From Nemertoderma westbladi (lineage: Eukaryota; Animalia; Xenacoelomorpha), in assembly GCA_032718475.1 (NCBI GenBank), contig JAUCBJ010007513.1, positions 66,515 through 130,514 of the forward strand: a DNA stretch of 64,000 nt. The letters are read 5' to 3'. The translations under genes were made by a program, and so were the position numbers. Below the pieces are notes generated by a model. It searched no databases. It had not been told where the DNA came from and was given only the letters and a program-made list of their open reading frames with translations. This document shows, one piece after another, positions 13,696 through 27,197 of this stretch (position 1 is its first letter; the number at the start of each line of letters is the position of its first letter).

Positions 13696-14679
13696 CAATT
13701 ATTTTAGAATAATTGAATTTCTGAATATTTTAGGGTTACTTGGTTACTTTAACTTACTTTGTTACCGTTATTTAAGCAGTAGTCCAACTGATTTTGAGAC
13801 CTAGTTGTTGTATGGCAGGCCTACTATTTATAAATCGTTTGAGTTGATTTATAATATTTATATACCCGTTTAAAATGGGTTTTGTCAATATTTGAAATAA
13901 ATGTTATTATTTCTGGGGGAGTCACTACACAGAAGCTGTGCGCTCTCAGTGAAGTGCTACTTATTTGACACTAAAACAGATAATTCTAATTTACCTAAGT
14001 TACTTAATACTACAAATTACTTACGATACGGATGAGATTAAATCTCTAAGTAAACACAACAAAATATTACGTACGAAATTTTAGGGTAATTTTACAGGAA
14101 GTCTACAAACCAGCCTAACAAAGGGTTAGAATTCTGGTTATTACAACGGACAGGGTACTACGGTATTTGAAATAATAAGTAGTAGTAAATATATTGCACT
14201 GTCCAGAGAGGAAAATACCACCGCCTGACGACCTATAACCGTATCGCTATAGGTACTACGTTATGTATCACGGAGTGTTCCTACCTAGAAGCTAATTACC
14301 GCGGACTACCAGATCCAGCGTGCCTATTAACCACTTTACAACACAAAATATACTGCCTACACACTAATTACCTCGGAAAGCACTGTACACTAAACCCTAA
14401 ATTAGGTACAAGTACTGGTACAACAAATAATCAGTAGTTAAATATACTTGAACAGTTAAAAGAACCACGGCATCTGCTGGAGTGACCGAAGCACAAAGTC
14501 ACCAGTCTTTTCCTACGCCAAGCAGCCCGTGTAGTACCGGGGTTAATTTAACTATAACGGTATGTGTAACAAACACAATTACTGTAGGAATAAACTTGGG
14601 GACATGAATGTTGCGAATAATCGCATAAACTCTGAATAATATATATTACGCTACCCGTACAGAATACTCAAACAAAATA

Positions 14680-15210
14680 CAAACCAAACGCTGGCAGACT
14701 ACCACCAAGCCTAAATAAACTACAGTATGTGTAGATTCCAAAATGGTTAGTTAGTATGCGTTCTAACATGGTAGTACGACTTATTCTTTAAGAGGGGATT
14801 GACCTTACAGCTATGGCTGCCCCAACTTACTAACTGGCACTCTAACGGACAAACTCTACACACGCAGCAATCTCTTCAGACCTAATAATAGCTAGACAAC
14901 AATCCAGCCTACAAAATATCTGAGTAATAACTATTACGGTACCTGAACAGACCACACAAACAAACACAGGCCAAAACGTTGGCAGAATACTGTCAAGCCT
15001 AAATAAACTACAGTATGTGCAGATTCCAAAATGGTTAGTTAGTATGCGTTCTAACACGGTAGTACGACTTATTCTTTAAGAGGGGATTGACCTTACAGTT
15101 ATGACTGCCCCAACTTACTAACTGGCACTTTATCAGACAAACTCAACACTCGCCGTAATCTCTCCAAACCCAACAACAATCCGACAACAGTCCGGCCTAC
15201 AATTATCTGA
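14680..15210. repeat. ~300-bp tandem duplication in the 5' UTR of A (equivalent to B ~46460-46990)
   Basis: The block AAGCCTAAATAAACTACAGTATGTG...TTACTAACTGGCAC occurs twice (~14707 and ~14995). Confidence 0.85.
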
Positions 15211-15382
15211 ACAATCTGAGCAGACTTACACGTCTTCAGCTCAATATTAACTTACATGTAAATAAAACCGACAGAAATAAGTAAAATCTCAATAAAAAAC
15301 CAGGGCTGCAGTCCCTGATTAAATACTAAGACCTACCGGTATACAATAATCAAAATCGAATAATACTAATGTACTTATACTG

Positions 15383-15530
15383 GAAGTACCGGTTAGGACA
15401 GTTGGGCCTACGGACCTACAGAAATACCGGTTCTGACAGTTGGACCTACGGACCTACAGCAGTACCGGTTCTGGCAGTTGGGCCTACGGACCTACAGAAG
15501 TACCGGTTCAGGTTTACCGGTCGACCGGTA
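15383..15530. repeat. ~38-bp tandem repeats just inside the 5' LTR (equivalent to B ~46140-46290)
   Basis: Unit like GTACCGGTTCTGGCAGTTGGGCCTACGGACCTACAGAA, three to four copies. Confidence 0.85.
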
Positions 15531-15574
15531 CTTTCAACTTTATTGCTTACTGCAATAAAGACAATAACTGTTAT

Positions 15575-16812
15575 TGTACGCGCTTTTGAAGACCTTTAGC
15601 AGTTTAACCTGCCAAAATTTATATGTCTTTTGGTTTATAAATAGACTTTAGAAGATGACAAATATTTAATACCAATGAACACAACATTAGCAGAAGCCAG
15701 CCTAGTGCGCGTCCATTCACCCGCTGGATATACCCGGGAGACTGGATTCTGAGGGCTTAGATTATTATTGCAGTGTAAGCTTACTGTATTGTATTATTCG
15801 ATTGATCGTTAATAAATAATTTCTGACTAATATTATTCACTTTCGGGAAATATTAACAGTTCCTTTAGGACGTGGCGCTCTATCTAAGTAAACAGAGATA
15901 TGACTTATACTAATCACAACGGTAAGTCGGTAAGGCTTATGATTCACGTATGAGGCGCATTCTTTAGGAAATGCTTAGTTATCAGTCACAATCATGCACA
16001 CTACCGGTAACACACAATACTGCTCACTAATTTGCCGACCGTCAATGAATTTTATCATATATAAAGCGAACAGCAACGGACTCATGTAGGGCTTATCAAA
16101 TAGCATTAAATTCACTACAAACCACAATAATATAAGTCGCAATCGCTATATATAACCCGTCTCTCTAACCTGTAGTGTATCAAGAAAATTGGGAAATTTG
16201 GGTTCTTTATATATGTTCTCCAAATAATATTCAACCAAAACACAACAGTAAACAGCATTAAGACGGTAGGTTAAGATATGATATGACAAGATGTGACAAG
16301 ATAACAGTTATACGCTCTATAATCTTAAGCCTACTAATGTTTTTTCTAAAGTATGAAAACGAATTGACTCTAGAGCCGGTGTTCCTGGCCTAGATAGCAA
16401 CAACACAACGGTATCACTAAAAACAGTAAGACTGAACACTCCTAGTATGATCGGCCGAATATCTACACGTCGACAGAAAAAATCGCTCTGATTGGCTCAA
16501 GCCAAACAAAGAACCATGCGTCCAATGGCTGTTTCCATGCCAGCAACCAGCTGCTAGATGTCGCAATCTGAATCATCAAGGCTAAGCTGTGTAAAGGTAT
16601 TTGGTGCATTGCAGGTTTTTTGCCTTACCATGTCCGCCAAAACACGTATATAGCAGAATGACTTTTATGTCCGTTAAAACACCTATAACGGTACCTTGCG
16701 GGCGAGGGGAATATATATATAGTTATTGAGCCTTTTAGAGTATTCCAGCGCCTAGGGGGGTAACTGGATTGCGAAGCAAAGGGGCCAGTTATATCCCACA
16801 GAAGCTTTTACA
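15575..16812 (-). repeat. 5' LTR of Bel/Pao copy A (~1.24 kb)
   Basis: Minus strand TGTAAAAG...CGCGTACA. The boundary is fixed by comparison with B, whose 3' LTR ends at the TSD. Confidence 0.93.
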
Positions 16813-17343
16813 AAATGTGAGCACTGACTCACATAAATGAGCACATAACTTCAGCAATTTAATATCAATATATCATCATATCACTAAAAATATCAATTTT
16901 TTTTATACTAATATTGTTTTGATGGAGTCTACAACTACTAAATCGACCATTGCGGTTCAAATAAGCATATTCCCTAAGTCTGTTATTTATGTCGAAGTCT
17001 GATTTTTAGTGATATATTGCATTAACTTGCTTACCTTACCTTATAATTTGGTCTGGGAATTTTTTATAATATACATAGCATTATTATAAATAGTATTACT
17101 AATTTATTTAGTAATTTTAACAAAAAGACACCGGCAAAAGATTTTGAAAATATCATTTTTGGAATCAGGGCGTTGAAGTGCCCCACGAAATGAAATCAGT
17201 TTGGCCGGGCATTTTTCTTTTATAAAAAGTTGGTTCAGCCCCACCGTGTCCAGCCTGCACAGCGCTCCGTCCCACCCCCCCGTACCCCCAACAGAGAAAG
17301 TATGTCTATTAATTCCCATGTATTTGATTAGAGTAAAGTCTCA

Positions 17344-17562
<219 letters not shown>

Positions 17563-17929
17563 TTAGACGGATTGTATTGAAAGGTCTAGTTGACCTGCCC
17601 ATGAAACAAGAAGTCATCACAACTATATATCTAATGAAACTTCTCAAAGACTTTTTTACTGCTGCTAAGGGTTTGGTTATCATCAACATAACACATTCCC
17701 ACGTGCAGTGGGGTGCACTGGGTACATTATGAAACATTTCATTTCCTTAGCAACGCTGCCAATGGACAGTACCCTATATTTTTCCAGGCCTTCAGTAGTA
17801 AATGTATAACTTTTATGAATTTTTACTATTTTAATGATCACAACTGCATTTAATTTTCAGTAATAAAATATAAACCATTGCATAATACGTGTTACATCGA
17901 AATAACACTTGTGACGAAAAATTACCAAC

Positions 17930-18049
17930 CTCTTACATCCCCCCATCCTGCAGCATAACAATCGTTAATAACAAATGTCTCATTGTAATCCGGGATGCAT
18001 ATTGAGCTGGTATGTGCATTGTACTCCGCTTCTCTGTCTAATATCAAAA
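17930..18049 (-). CDS. Serine protease internal exon
   Basis: TTTAG|(F)LILDREAEYNAHTSSICIPDYNETFVINDCYAAGWGDVR|GT. Phase 1 at both ends, compatible with the neighbouring exons. Confidence 0.88.
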
Positions 18050-20418
18050 CTAAATATAGAAATCATTATGATTAATAATGTTGTAGAAATGAAAAATAAG
18101 GTTAAGGTTATAGAAAATCTCACCAGTCGCCAGCCGGCGAATGTAATACGGGTCTCTATATCTATCAATAATCGGCCTGCTGCATTGCAGCTGCATATTG
18201 AGATGCTATACTGAATACTGGCTAACAAATTATGTGTACCACCCGCCACCACCACCATGCAACACTTGGCTTGTTGTGATGCAGCTTTGAGTAAGAATGT
18301 TATGCCGGCTCATCGACAAAATTGCACCGCCACAACTCGCTATCCCTTTATACGCGAGATTATCCGCATCTTTCTCGTGTGCAGCGTAGCTGGGCTCAGT
18401 GACTCAGATCCGGTTCTAGGAAGAGCGCCAATAGGAATCTGTCTTACCGACACATGTTTTAGAACCATATTAATATTTAACATTAGAATGGTTAGAAATA
18501 GAGCGTATCGAGCCCGGGAGATTTCCTATAATTATTGTATACTATGTATTTATTTTCATTGGTACTGTATTAAATAAGAGCATGGCGATTGGTTGTTACT
18601 GTCAGTCAGCGGTTGAGAGGTGTAAATTAGTTAATACGAAATAATACCAATAATTCTTGAATATCAATTTGTTCTAAATTCACCCAGTTGCACATACAGA
18701 GGAACATACAGTCCTCCTTAACAGCCACACTCATGCATTAAAAAGCAATTGGCTTTGGCTGTATAGTTTTGAATTAAAAAGATAAATATATAAGGGGAGT
18801 GAGGGACTTTCGAGACAATCGAATTGGGAAAATCGACGAAAATAACAGATGATCACCATCAACAATGAAACTGTGACCAGTGATATTGACTAACCGTATA
18901 TTGTTTTGGTTTCAATAACATGTCACTGCAACCTGCTCCTTTTTCTTAATTGATAATAAACATTAGTAAATTGCCGAGACAAGATAATAATTCGCGGTGA
19001 TGTGATTTGTGTCAATTCCAAAATTGAAATAAAGACAGTAACAACAGAATAACACGTTCATAGGGCCTTCGCGCAGGACGAGGCCCAGTTATGAGATACA
19101 AATTAAAATTGCGCGACTGTATCACAAAATCAGTATTTGAGAAATTTAACCATACCGACAATCAATCAAAGAAAGGGGGACAGTACGTGTTCAGCCCTTT
19201 TAATCTGCCCCCCCCCCCCCCCCCCTTCCTACCAACTAATACATAACCGCGACATCTACCACCCAAGGGGCGGAAGGGTAGCACAAACTTATTTCCAATC
19301 ACACGTTCAATATGCGAAGCCATGCGGTTTGTAGGAAATATCGAGAATTCGAGAAAATCGAGAATACGAGAAACTCGTTTGAAATACCTGCTCATCCCAG
19401 TATCCGTCCGTAGTCACCGGACAGCTGCGGTTTAATCCCGTAGAACAGTAGAATTCCCGCAGCTTCCGACCCAATTCGACAACGAATTCGCCTCACACTT
19501 TCGTGTGGCAGAGAATGTAATCTGGTGCGATACACGTCTGCCCGACTTTCAACAATTTCCCCCAGGGATCCGGCTGTCTGGGCCGCCGCTAAACCCAAAT
19601 CGCAATCCTCGTCGATTCGTCCAGTCGTCAACGTAAGTCGGAATCTTCCCACCGCACTCCAAGGTGGGTGGCCTGAGTGAGGCATGAGGAACTTGGCAGT
19701 GGCCCGTATTACGATCCGACTAACCGCCGTATTCCCAGTGTAGTAAATAGAATCTTACTGACAAGCAAGCAATTCCGTAGTATTTATTCCTCAGTTAATC
19801 GCATCTTGATCCCACTCGGCTGCTCGGGTCCAGACACATCGGACTGTTGGAAGCTGTTTAGATGAAGAAGTTGTTTAGATGGCCTTGCCAACGACCAACG
19901 ACCTGAAGACGGTACCGGTAACTCTGTACCACTGTAACAGTTAACAGTACCGGTACCGTACTGATGCCAAGCCTAATAATTTTTGGGTAGATTAATTTAA
20001 TATAAATGTAAGACAGTTACACAGATGCTGCACGAAGACCCCACGCAAATTCAACTTGGAAAATTTCTAAACTTTTGCCAGACTACAGTTTTACAGTTTG
20101 GATATATTTTATCGAGATTTGACTGAGTTATTAATGTTTAAAATTGGACACAACAGAACAACAGATCAACAGAACGACAGACACACCGATTGAGTTAGTG
20201 GTACCTGTATGCTAAGCTCGCTTACTTTCGTCGCTCGCCCCACAACAAATGAGATAGTTTTATACAACATTGCTACCACGCTTATAGAATAAATGACCGG
20301 AAGAATTTGGTAATAATTTTTATATTTTGTTAAAACTGAACGCATAAAACGCAACCGCGGAACACAGGATTATACTTTCTCGATTTTATTCTATATTTCA
20401 GTAAGTTGCGCAACTCAC

Positions 20419-20638
20419 ACGCAATGTCATTATCGTAGATATTGTAATTAGGATGTATGTAGAAAGTAACGTTGAAGTATTGCTCCGCAGAATCTTGTTC
20501 CAATAGACTATGTTGCCCAAGAATTAGTTGAATATCTATTGGCGAATATCTTTTCAAGCAATGTGCCGCAGTTATTGCCAGTCTGGGGTGTACCAAACTG
20601 GCACCACAAATGTGATGACCATCATATCTGACGTCGCC
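20419..20638 (-). CDS. Serine protease exon with the catalytic His and Asp
   Basis: TTTTAG|GDVRYDGHHICGASLVHPRLAITAAHC...HPNYNIYDNDIA|GTGAGT. Confidence 0.92.
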
Positions 20639-21161
20639 CTAAAATACAGTTAGGTAGTTTTATTCCAGCTATCTATTTTCTTACACTAAATTTTAAGGCA
20701 TTCATTTCGATGTTCTCAGTTTTTTTTTTTGGAAAAAAAATATGTTTTCCCACTGTATGGGAAAAAATGTAGAGCGAAGTAATAGTAACCATATGACGAT
20801 TTATATTCGTAATTACATCTCATCCGACTAAGCTCAACCTACCTACCATTTCATTTCATTTCATTGCTTTTAATCAAATAAATTGATATATTTTTAATTA
20901 TTAAAACAGACCACAGTGACACGTTATAACATATTAAAAATCAATTAAAAAGCACTTTGTGCGGTAGAGGGCATTCAGTGCTAAAAGTTCTATATTTGAT
21001 ATAGATTATTAGACCCTAACCGAGTCCGAATCGAGTCAGTTCTCAAGATAGAAGGGTTGTTACGGCGATCATGCAGCAAACCTGGGGACCTCTTAGTACC
21101 ATATCGCGAAGAGAGTTCTAAAGTTCAGTGGTTCATCATCCCGGAGCATATTCGATTTCCT

Positions 21162-24100
21162 TTACACATTAAAATATTCACGTATCCGATGATGTTTGAC
21201 GCTAAATGTTGAGTATCTTAGGCTGTAGACGTCCTCCACAAAATTTGCGTTCATAATATCCATCCAATTAGGAACGTTGGTTATTGAACCACGAATTACA
21301 TCCTTTGAGTATTCATGGTTAAGTAGGGAAATTGGCTGTGGGACTGGATAACACTGGACGCATTTTGAGTATGCTGAGCCAGCACTCATAATATGTCGGT
21401 TCCTAGAACCATCATTTCCCTTATGCCAGATTAGACTCCGTATAATGTAGTGGAGAGGGATAATAGGGCAGTTTTTAATGCGCATAATCAGACCGGCGGC
21501 TGCTCTATAACTTTCTGCACTTATAGAATTTGTTTTCACCAGATGGTAGATACATCCATTCGAGACATAGTTTCCAACCATGAATAAGCCACGTAAAGTT
21601 TTCCTATAATAAGCATCAAGTTGAGCAGAGTGTTTGTCACTTAATCCACCAGTCAGGGAGACGAAAGTATATAGTATCGATGGCAGTGCATATGTATTCC
21701 ATAGTTTTGAAATTTCTTCAGCATTACACCAGCGCGAGTTCCATCCCAGCTTGTGGAATCTTTCTGACATAATGGTTATGGCTTTCAGGCATTCTCTGAA
21801 GCAGTTGACGGAGGAGCTTGATGCAAATAGCTTATGACCTAGAAAAGTGATAATGTTTTTAGATGTTATCAGGGACCCTAGAATGCAAAGAAATGTCCGT
21901 TTATGTTGTATTCTTCCATTTGATTCTGTTTTCATCCAGTGCATTTTTGAATTTTCTATTCGTAGACCTATGGAGGTTAGACCAGTTTCGATGGTTCCAA
22001 CCATGTGTTCTATTGAAGAGGGCATGGTACTCAACAGTAAAATGTCATTGGCAAAGGATATGCACCCTGCCCACATCCCATATACAGTACAGCCCAACTG
22101 TTGTTGCTTTACAGCACAGAATACATCCTTCATATAGTAATTGAATAATAGGGGTGATAACAATGACCCCTGTTCTATACCGTTAGTCATTATCAATCCA
22201 TCTATGTCGATTTCTGTCCCGAACTTTAAATACGCAAGACCAATGGAATAGTAGTCCAGCAAGAGTAATGATATGTAGGGATTGAGCGTATTGGCCAGTT
22301 TGCTGATGAGGGTAACATGATTCATATTGTCGAAGGCTCCTTCTATATCCATTTGACAGACATATAATCATGATCCTTGCTGGTGATAGTAATCCATTAT
22401 TTCTAGCACCGTTGCTATTACCATATCAGGCCCTGTTCTTTGCTTATAAGCCAACTGTAGGTCATCACTATCCACATTGCCCATATAGTGCTGTACGATG
22501 ATTGACTCAAAAATCTTCGCAAAAATACATATTGAACTAACAGGTCGGTATGAGGTGGGATCCTTTCTCTGTTTACCCTTACCCTTATATATGCTGCTAA
22601 TTACGGTGTTGCCGAACAATAGTGGTAGGCGGCCCAAGTGAAGAGCTGCTGCTAGCACTTTCTCCATTGATTGACATATCGTGGTTGGCTGCAAGTGGAT
22701 GATATGGTCAACTGTCAATGAGTCTAAGTCTGGGCTCTTCCCTAATGGCAGAGATAGGAATGCAGATTTTATCCAACTTTCAGAGATCGATGGAGCTGTT
22801 GCATTATATTTCCATTCATTGAGCTTTGTTCGTAGGTTATTTCGTTCCTGTCTGTCATTGCCAGAGCTTAACTTTCCTTCCATTTGTTTTCATATGTCTT
22901 CCTGCAAGATTGGGGGGATTGCTTGAGGATACTTCTTGCCAAAAAACTTCCAGAACTTGTATGGCGCCTGATGAGTGTTAGTGGACCCGTGAATAAGATT
23001 GTTAATCACCTTCTTCGTTGCCAACCAGTTTCTTAATCGTCGCGTAGACCTTTTTGACTGTAGGTAAGACTCATGTATCGGGTCATTCATATCTTTGCCT
23101 TGGTTACACCAGATGGTATACAAATTCTTTGTTACCTTTGACTTCTCTTTTAGGCTGGAGTCCCTAACTCTAAGATTTCTACATTGTTTGCGTGGACGTA
23201 TCATCGGAATATGCCTGTTTGCTGAACCAAAAATAATTTCTTTAATGCAGTCCATGTAACAGTTCATCGTTTCAAAATCCCAAGTTAAAGGGTTTGCTGT
23301 AATTCGCTTATTCAGGTTGTCCAATCTATCTTCAATGCATTTGGCATATTTTTCTAGCTCCTCGGATGCACATTTCTTCCAATTAAAGCGTAAGTGTCTT
23401 TTGCGGCATTTAAAATAGTTTTCCGCTGTGTTATTTTTATTTGGAGTGTTGCTGTGTTTCCTAATTTTTATGGTACCAGTAACAGGAACGTGGTCCGAGC
23501 TGTTAGAGTCAATCTCCTGGCAGCTAACTTTTCCGTCAATAAATGTGGTGCAGCCACTCGTGTTAGTTAAGATATGGTCTATGTATGTGTTTCCATGTCC
23601 ATAGAAGGTTATACATGGGCCATCAAATATATTTGTGGTGTCAATCGCAGTCAAACCTGAGTCTCCCATATAGTTCAATAGTAGCTTCCCTCTCTTAGTT
23701 GGCTTTATACGATCACAGCAATACCTTGGCCCTTGGCCTGCGCCGATGTCTGCATTACTATCCATTAGTATGTATGGGACAGCATTGGAGTATATTGATT
23801 TTAGAGATTCTATTCTGCTCAGAAATTCCGTATACGGTGTGTCTCCCTTACTGCAATCGGGAGCATATCCAGATAAGACGAGTATTTCCTGATTTGTGTG
23901 ATTGGGTAGAAGTTTGAATCCAACAATATCATCTCCCGAGTCTATGCGATGCACTTCATTTATGATTGATTTCCTAACAAACATTGCGACCCCTCCTGAA
24001 CCCCGTTTCCTATTAGGATTTGACATTCCATTACCAATTAAGTAGTCGCATTGAAATTCTTTGTGAAAGTCCTTTAGGTGTACACGAGCCTCTAAGCCAT

Positions 24101-24206
24101 CTAGCCAATGTTCTTGGATGCCCAGTATATCACATGTGTCTAGCAGAGACATTATATACTCCTCATTGTTAATAAATCCTCGGCAGTTATATGTTGCGAG
24201 TTTCAA
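21162..24206 (-). pseudogene. LINE ORF2 (AP endonuclease + reverse transcriptase) with two in-frame stops
   Basis: TYNCRG, IQEHWL, GGVAMFV, MDSNAD, IDHI, SDHVP (APE); SYRPVS, DIEGAFD, GIEQGSLLSPLLF, FAND (altered YADD). The three listed ORFs share one frame, with stops at 22890 and 22368. Confidence 0.92.
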
Positions 24207-24366
24207 ATGTACTGATTCACTTATCCTATCCTGGTTATCCTTAATTCCCGAGGTCCCTGGTCCACTACCATGATCTCCAGTGTTAAACCCGCTGTTTGTA
24301 GTTGTTCCTCATTAGAATTCTACTCGGTCTACTAGAAAACGAGTCAGCGACAACTTTGTTGTCTCT

Positions 24367-26655
24367 CTATCCTTCGCAGATTAGATGTTTGGGCCAAAAA
24401 CCTGGTTGTAGTACTGTATATTTGTCCGCTGGTTTAAGAATAACCTTCATGTTTTTCCCATCTCGCCTGGCATTTATTTTATAGGCGTGAATCCCTCTTG
24501 ATGCTAAGTATTCCTCAATATCCTCTTCAAAGTTAGAGAGATGAATTCCTTGTAGAAGCACAACCTCAGATCTAGATGATTCCATATACGTAGTATTGTT
24601 TGATATATTAATACCTGCATTGTTTGGCTCACTAGCCATTAGGGGGGTGCTGGTATGTGTTATCTTACAATTGTTGGTCTGTGTAGTCTTCTGAGACGCA
24701 AAGGGGACCGATGGGGCTGATATAGTATGGTGATATCGCGGTGAGGCACGTTGTTGTGTGGATTCGTTAGTTGTTGTGTCGTCAGCATCAATCAGAATGC
24801 TATAGATATTGTTTCTAGTTATCCTACTGTAGGAAGCATCCTCCTTTTTATCATTTGCCTTGCTAGTAGGCCTACTTTTATTGTTGATTGTCTTGTTCTT
24901 TGAGTGTTGCTTGGAATACTTGTTCATATTCATTGCATTCAAGGTGTTGATGATATTGAAGCCATTCTTCAATTCCACGCAAGGAGTTTCATGAATGGGC
25001 TCTGGTCCAACTGAGTCGATTACTACCATGCTTTCCATATCAATGCTTCTATCCGATCGGATTTCCAATAAATGATCGTTGCTGTTGTCATTGCTTGCCC
25101 TGGTTATAATATTCCCAGACAACTTGTTGGGGATATTGTTGCTGTTTGGATTGCTATGATGACAAGCTTGGTGGCTAAGGGATATGCTTTTAAGTGTTGT
25201 TTTTACTTCTTGCAGTGAGACTTCTGTTACCAGTCGCGCATGTCGTTCGTGTTGTAGATCCTCAGATAGTTTATCGTTATGTTCTTTTATAATGGCATTC
25301 TCATTTTCCATCTTACAGATTCGAGTTTGTAGTAGGGTTACAGCATTGATCATTTCCATTCTAAAAGATTCCAAGGTTACTGGAGTGTTCACTTTATTAT
25401 TGTCCTTACGCAGTCTCTTTAGGCAGCTGTCTGTGACCATTCCATTAAATTTAGAATATGCAAGTTCATAAATATCGGTACCCATCTCAAAGGATGCATT
25501 CCTAAGTCTCAGATGGAGAGTTAATACCTGTATGGGTGTTAAGAGTTCTTTAATATCCTCAAATAAACATCTCTGAGTTGCGTCAATTGGCCATTATTGT
25601 TAGTTGATATCAATTTAATTGCAATTTTCCGAGGATTTTCCATAGCTGCACGAAGATCAAAATCGGTTGTGTTATAGGTTGACATGTTCCCTGGGTTTGT
25701 ATATGGACTCGACTCGATTTGGACTTTGTATTGGGACAACTAATTTAATTTCTGACAGACATGCAGTTAGCCATTCCCGCAGTTGAAAACTATTTTTATG
25801 TTCAGGGATAAGATATCTATCCCCCCTTGCTAGTGCCAGTCCATAAAGGCACACAAATGCTCCACAATCCACAGAATCTGGTGGTTGCCTTGCGAAGGGT
25901 CTGAGTGTCTTGGAAATGGACCATGTGCTGTCTTCCCCTTTAATCACTTTGAAGATAAGGTTTAGCAGATCACATATTATGGTTGTATTAGGTGTGACTC
26001 TTGTAGTCGATAGACTGTCCAATGTGTATACGTTGAGATTTTCTAAGCAAGCAACATGTAGAATAAAGTGTCCACTGCTACACTCCGGGAATAATATAAG
26101 CGGTGTTTTTGTGACGTCACAATGGCAGGTGATATAACTAATAGCACTCGCTATATCAAAGGATGAACTTTGTAGCTTCTCGCAGAAAGCCGAGTCGATA
26201 CAGGCCACATTATTATGGTTCCTCTGTAAGATTGATAGGAATGAGTCCACAATTGTAGTACTGAGAAATTTATTGGGTTTGAGAAATGTCCAATCATCAT
26301 CTCCTGGTTTAAGTATAACCAGCCCTTGGTTTTCGTGTGGTCGTGATGTTGCAGCCAATATGACGGATTCCTCGTTAAATCCATTTGTAATATCTGGGTA
26401 GAAAGGTATATTTTCGACAAATCTCACTTCATTATCCATTGAAACTCTTGGCATCCAGGTTCCGTCTTCTTGTAAGTCTTCGATGATCACAGAAGAGTTG
26501 ATATTGGTTATGGGGTCAATCCATTCATTCATCTTATTATCTGTTTGAGCATTAGAGTAATTTAATTCCATAAATGGAGTATTATCAAATCCTTCATTGT
26601 CTAGATCTATTATTTCACAGGTTTTTATTCTCTTTGTGATTGGATCCCGTATCCT
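24367..26655 (-). pseudogene. LINE ORF1 region: Ulp1/SENP-like C48 cysteine protease domain, then coiled coil and C-terminal ORF1-like domain (frameshifted)
   Basis: LKPNKFLSTTIVDSFL...GHFILHV...YTLDSL...RQPPDSVDCGAFVC gives the His-Asp-Gln-Cys order of clan CE/C48 proteases. Coiled coil RICKMENENAIIKE...; C-terminal FWPKHL. Confidence 0.75.
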
Positions 26656-27197
26656 TGTGACGGGATCCAGGAGGGATCCCGGTTTATCCGGTGTTAGTTC
26701 ACGCGTCCCCGCCGTGTGTGAAGAGTAAATGAAAATGAGTAAATGAGTTCGCGTCCTTCGTTGTATATAATGATCGGTATAAAGATATAGATATAGGTTG
26801 TTGTACACGGAAGGCGGGATACGGTAACTAAAGTCCCGGTCCTTCCCTAGCTAAACTATCTAACCTAAACTGGCACTAATATTGCACTGAGATAACTGAA
26901 CTGATATGATTACTGCCAAGTGGCTATATTGCACGGTTGGCCTTGTTACTCTACCTAATCGATGCCTTTCCCCCCGCTGATTGGTTGATACCCTTGTTGG
27001 CGCCCTTTGGAGTGTTCCCGTTCACTCCACCTGTTCTCTCTGGGTTAGGGGTTTGGCCCCTGACCCTCATTGTGTGCTTCTCCTTCCCATTCTCATTGGG
27101 ATGGCACGAGTTGGTTAATTACCCAATCTCGTGGCTCCCAATATTGCTTATCGGCTTATAACTTTATGGGGTGTTAGCGGGATTGAATAAGCTAACA
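26656..27197 (-). repeat. 3' LTR of element C
   Basis: Direct repeat of 38627-39167 with a few substitutions and small indels. Confidence 0.95.

Larger units (their letters stand above)
1..16812 (-). mobile_element. Bel/Pao LTR retrotransposon, copy A. Non-autonomous: integrase deleted, accessory ORF internally deleted, interrupted by Gypsy D. The 3' LTR runs off the window start.
   Basis: 1-319 is nearly identical to 16494-16812. The gag-PR-RT ORF has Bel/Pao hallmarks. Colinear and highly similar to copy B (44822-62776) in the opposite orientation. Confidence 0.95.

Noticed and set aside
15369-15599. Short ORFs conserved between A and B UTRs/LTRs (also 14842-15057, 46071-46301, 46613-46825)
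   Set aside because: Conservation reflects recent element duplication. They run through tandem repeats and show no protein features.
26656-26808. N-terminus of the listed 378-aa ORF 25672-26808
   Set aside because: It lies within the LTR of element C and is a chance in-frame fusion with the LINE ORF1 fragment.
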